From Hormiphora californensis (lineage: Eukaryota > Animalia > Ctenophora): DNA of 64,000 nucleotides. Of this stretch, positions 50,806 through 64,000 are shown piece after piece (the first letter of the stretch is position 1; each line of letters starts with the position of its first letter). Made by a program: the position numbers and the translations under genes. A model generated the notes under the pieces. The model worked only from the letters and a program-made list of their open reading frames with translations. It was not told the origin of the DNA and did not search any database. The DNA lies in contig CM035350.1 of NCBI GenBank assembly GCA_020137815.1, positions 6,262,001 to 6,326,000 on the forward strand, read 5' to 3'.

Positions 50806-51909
50806 AGTCTGCCCGTGTACATATGTGTGTGAGAATTCTACATTAATCTGTTTTACAAAGGGAGTGTGTGTGTGTGTGTGTGTGTGTGTGTCGTGTGAAT
50901 CAGCACTAGAAACATATCAGAATTACTAATTCTCAATTTGGTTGTATAATCGATTAAACATCTACTACATGATCCATACACAATATAACTCACGTGTGGG
51001 AGGGGTGTCTCACACAGTTAATATACGGGGGAGGCTAATACTGTATTTGATTATTTGTAATATGCATTAGATGTACAATTAGGGATTTACCCCCAAAGAT
51101 TAATAAACCATTGGAGACAGTCCAATACATTGTAATCATATTTTGAAAATAAGAGAAAAAGGAAATTAGGATTTATATAGTGGCTATACGAAAATAGATT
51201 TATTCGGCTCGAGTTATAACATTTTTACAGTTTTTAATTGAAATATTACACTTACAGCTGCTTATTATGACACTAGCGGAAAAAAGGGTTAAAGGAACCT
51301 TTCAAAATGTGGGTTATATATCACCTTCAAAAAACTTTTAAGTGTTCAAACGTTTCATTAAACCAATAAAGAGAGGAGGAGGGCTTTAAAACTCATTAAT
51401 TAGATGGGGTGCCGCGGATAGAGACACCGCTCTACTGTGTTCCATTAGGGAGGTTGTAGGGAGCCGAGAGGAAAAACTAAACCTGTAAAAAAGGGAGGTG
51501 TTAGCTGGGGATACAATAAGAGTGTACATTCTGTTTCCGGTTGGAGAGAGAGAGAGAGAAATAGGGAGAGAGATAAATTGGTCGAATAAAATTGAGATAT
51601 AATACTCCTTTGAAGAGAGATAGATATAGAATGTAAACCAATCCGATGTGTTGGCACACCCGCACACATTATTCCGTGATGTACCACACGGATCTATTAA
51701 ATCTTTGACAGTGAATTATATTTTCCTTTCTCTCGGTGAAAGACAGGTTGCAGTAGGTTACTAATTAAGGGGAGTGCACTCAATCGACTAGAGGTATGAC
51801 CATATAAGGAATAATAGGGTAGAGCTCTTTAATGAAAGTACTCTGCGTGTAACCACACACATTGCTAACAACTTGGTGATGAGATGTGTTGTACCTGTCA
51901 CATGAAGAT

Positions 51910-53873
51910 TCAAACAAGCACACATTTACTCTTATTGCTCTTCCTAGAAGGATGGTCACTAGGAACTCCGCTTAGAAAGGGATCTTTAGCCTGAAAATAT
52001 AGATCTGGTTAGGGACTGATATATATCTGTCATTTCTGAGTTTATTGTGGCTCAAACTTGACTTGCTCGACCATGTCTCACCGCACGAAAAATAAAAATG
52101 GTTTGAACAAAAGGGGAACAAATATTCCGCATACTATTTTCTCGCAACACAGTGTGTTCAGTGTTGTAGTGTCTCTTGTTCTCTCGCAGTTTTAATGAAA
52201 AGCTGCTTTTGTTAGTACACCATTCTCCATACAAAGCTAACTACTGTGAGCCGTGACCTCACTGTAGAAACTAGCTATAATAACACTGCCCCTCCTCTCT
52301 CTATCTCTCTTTCTCTCTCTTTCTTTATATATCTCTCTTTCTATCTCTATCACACATACTGCCGCCTCGTCACCAGTTACACACACAAACACACACACAC
52401 CTGGTGGACCTACATTTAAACCACTGTCACGGCTTCCCTTGCACCTCTCTTACCCAACTAATTATTATATTCACGGCCTACCTTGCACCTCGCCCGACCC
52501 CCACTAATTATTATATTCACGGCCTACCTTGCACCTCGCCCGACCCCCACTAATTATTTCATTCACGACTACCAACCATGGCTAACTCATGCACATAACA
52601 ACTTAGTCATGTATCATAGTGTGTAATTGTAACCCCATTATAGGGCCTGGTCCAATGGAAAATAAAGAAATAACTATTCTCTGCTTACCTTATTTTCAAC
52701 GGTGTATTGAATTAGATCAGCAACAGCCTTGCTAACAGCAATCCTATCAATGTCCAACTCCCTCTTCAGTTGTTCGATCTCTTTAGAATGCATGATACTG
52801 ACACGGCTACACAGGGAAGAGCTTAGGTTATAATACAGTGTGTACGAGATTGCTACAGTGTGTCTGCATATATCACAACATAATGTACACACTCTCTATC
52901 TCTTTATCCAACACACAAACACAGTAGGCCAGGAATGTTATAATGCCACGAGGTGATTTCGGGAACTAATTTAAAGTTTTGTTTTCCACTGCACCAAAGT
53001 GCTCAGATAGGTCCCCAGAATGGTGGCTCTACTCCTTCCCTAATATAACGGCAGTTTTGGTTTTAGGCTATAAATACTTGAATGACGCAGTAACCCTAAC
53101 CACTCCCGTGCGTAGCACAGCAAAACGAGGCCCGTGAACGAGTGAGATGCCACCAATATAACTACTTTTGATATACAGGGTGTCCCACCGTCTTTGCGTG
53201 ACCTACGATTTTGGGTTATAACTGATATCTGGGCTTTATTAAATTGATCATATCTCATCGAAAAATAGGTCAACATGGTTCCAACTTCCAACAAAAACAG
53301 TGTTGTAGAGAATAGTCAGAAGACAACCAATCGTCAAATATATTGTCTTAAAGTCAAAAATACGTCATTATGAAATCTGACCGGAATTCACGTTTTGAAA
53401 AACTCAAGGTTACTCAGATCACATTAGATCCTCCAGAAGAGTGCTGTGAAATTGTCCGGCAGCCATTTTGGTACCGAAGTTTTTCTCCTACCGAAAATCG
53501 ACATGATCACAGATCACAAGAAAATTTTCTACAACGCCTATGAAAGAAGCAATATGACCCCAGAGCCGATCAATCATCAACTGTGCATGAATTTTTCAAC
53601 AACACGTGAAACCTGGTCAGCTTTTTGTAACCACGTATTTTGACTTTAAGACGATATATCTGCCAATTGGTGAAACTTGGAAAATTCGTCTGAAAATTCT
53701 CTACAACACTTTTAAATTTTGTGAACCATTTTAACATATTTTCGATGAGATATGATCATTTTCATGGAACGTAGCCAAAATCGCAGGTCACGCCAAGACT
53801 TAAACATACACATAATAACAGTTCATATACCGCACTGACACAGTTTATATACAGACAACTCGTATTCCTTCAT
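51910..53873 (-). CDS. Heterotrimeric G-protein gamma subunit
   Basis: Exons 53873-53860 (tentative), 52806-52689, 51990-51910: EIEQLKRELDIDRIAVSKAVADLIQY...KDPFLSGVP...KCVLV* (CaaX). Confidence 0.88.
53176..53790. mobile_element. Tc1/mariner-like MITE in G-gamma intron, right end eroded
   Basis: TA-CAGGGTGTCCC start; GTCTTTGCGTGACCTACGATTTTGG inverted at ~53776-53800; GATCATATCTCATCGAAAA also inverted. Confidence 0.65.
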
Positions 53874-54649
53874 TTGAAGGGACTGCAGTTGACTGCCTAG
53901 TGCCTGCTCCTAGCACGGTTCTCTGATAACGGTGAGTGAGTAGAGAACTATCCCACTTGAATAACATTACTGCGGATGAAATAGCAGCTGTCTGGATCGT
54001 CTAACAGTATCCGTTGCAAGGTGGACCGTGGACCTGGGAGCTTTAGGACAGTCAACAGTGCCGCTGTGTCAGTGGGCGCGTTTTGAAAGGGGAAATCTAT
54101 GCTTCCATGGATGCGTGGAAGCAGTTAGTTCAGCCAGCACTGACACTGACACACACTAATCGGTGCAGCAAACGCAAAGTCTGGGAAACGGCGCTGAATG
54201 AGATAGACTAGAACTTTTCAAAGGTTGGGTTGACTTTGAAGTGGTTTGGTAAAAAGTCGGGCCCTGCGAAATGTTGCTGCGACATCAAGTGATCCACATA
54301 AGCCCGCTTTAAAAAACTTGGACGCGTTACGTTTCGGCGTGATTAGTGGACGATGGCTTATGTGCCTGCTGGACATGTCCGATGTTTTCTTCTGCGAAAT
54401 TTTTTCGTAAAAATCATTAGTTCCCGATTGAGCGTAAAATTGATTTGCCGTGAAACTACTAATCTGCGACTGTTATTAATAAAGTTTGCAGCATTCACAT
54501 ATAGAACTTGACAGTTAGTAATGGAAGGTAATTATCCCAACGTCCGGCTAACCATTCAACAACCTTTTTGCAGCAATTAACGAAATTTTTTTTTCGGCAT
54601 AAGAAAATCAAATTAATGTTTCCCGGAATATAGCCTATAAAATTGAATT

Positions 54650-64000
<9,351 letters not shown>

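Overview
Eukaryotic, gene-dense animal DNA, most likely a ctenophore (Pleurobrachia-like). That assignment rests on recalled similarity to the ctenophore spliced leader and to Pleurobrachia repeats, not on a search. Genes from left to right: NB-ARC/STAND-TPR protein with a mitochondrial-type presequence, HAUS5, PEX2 and MCM4 (all +); TOP1 and VPS52 (-); NHE8/SLC9A8, CDKL1-like kinase, ethanolamine kinase, MCM7 and centractin ARP1 (all +); G-protein gamma subunit (-); and a long coiled-coil gene running off the end (+). Co-oriented genes are tightly packed and have 3' splice-acceptor-like sites just before the ATG, which suggests operons resolved by SL trans-splicing. Mobile DNA includes an R4/Dong-type RLE non-LTR retrotransposon sitting in a (GA)n tract, two nested foldback transposons carrying a satellite array, several MITEs and an L2-like LINE 3' end. 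The most striking signal is two divergent Penelope-type insertions in NHE8 intron 3, each with a spliced-leader-like 38-mer fused directly to a minimal hammerhead ribozyme core. About 19 single-base +1 frame breaks interrupt conserved genes. Most look like both alleles of a heterozygous SNP written side by side, so they are probably an assembly artefact. 58.5-59.9 kb is unreadable homopolymer noise.
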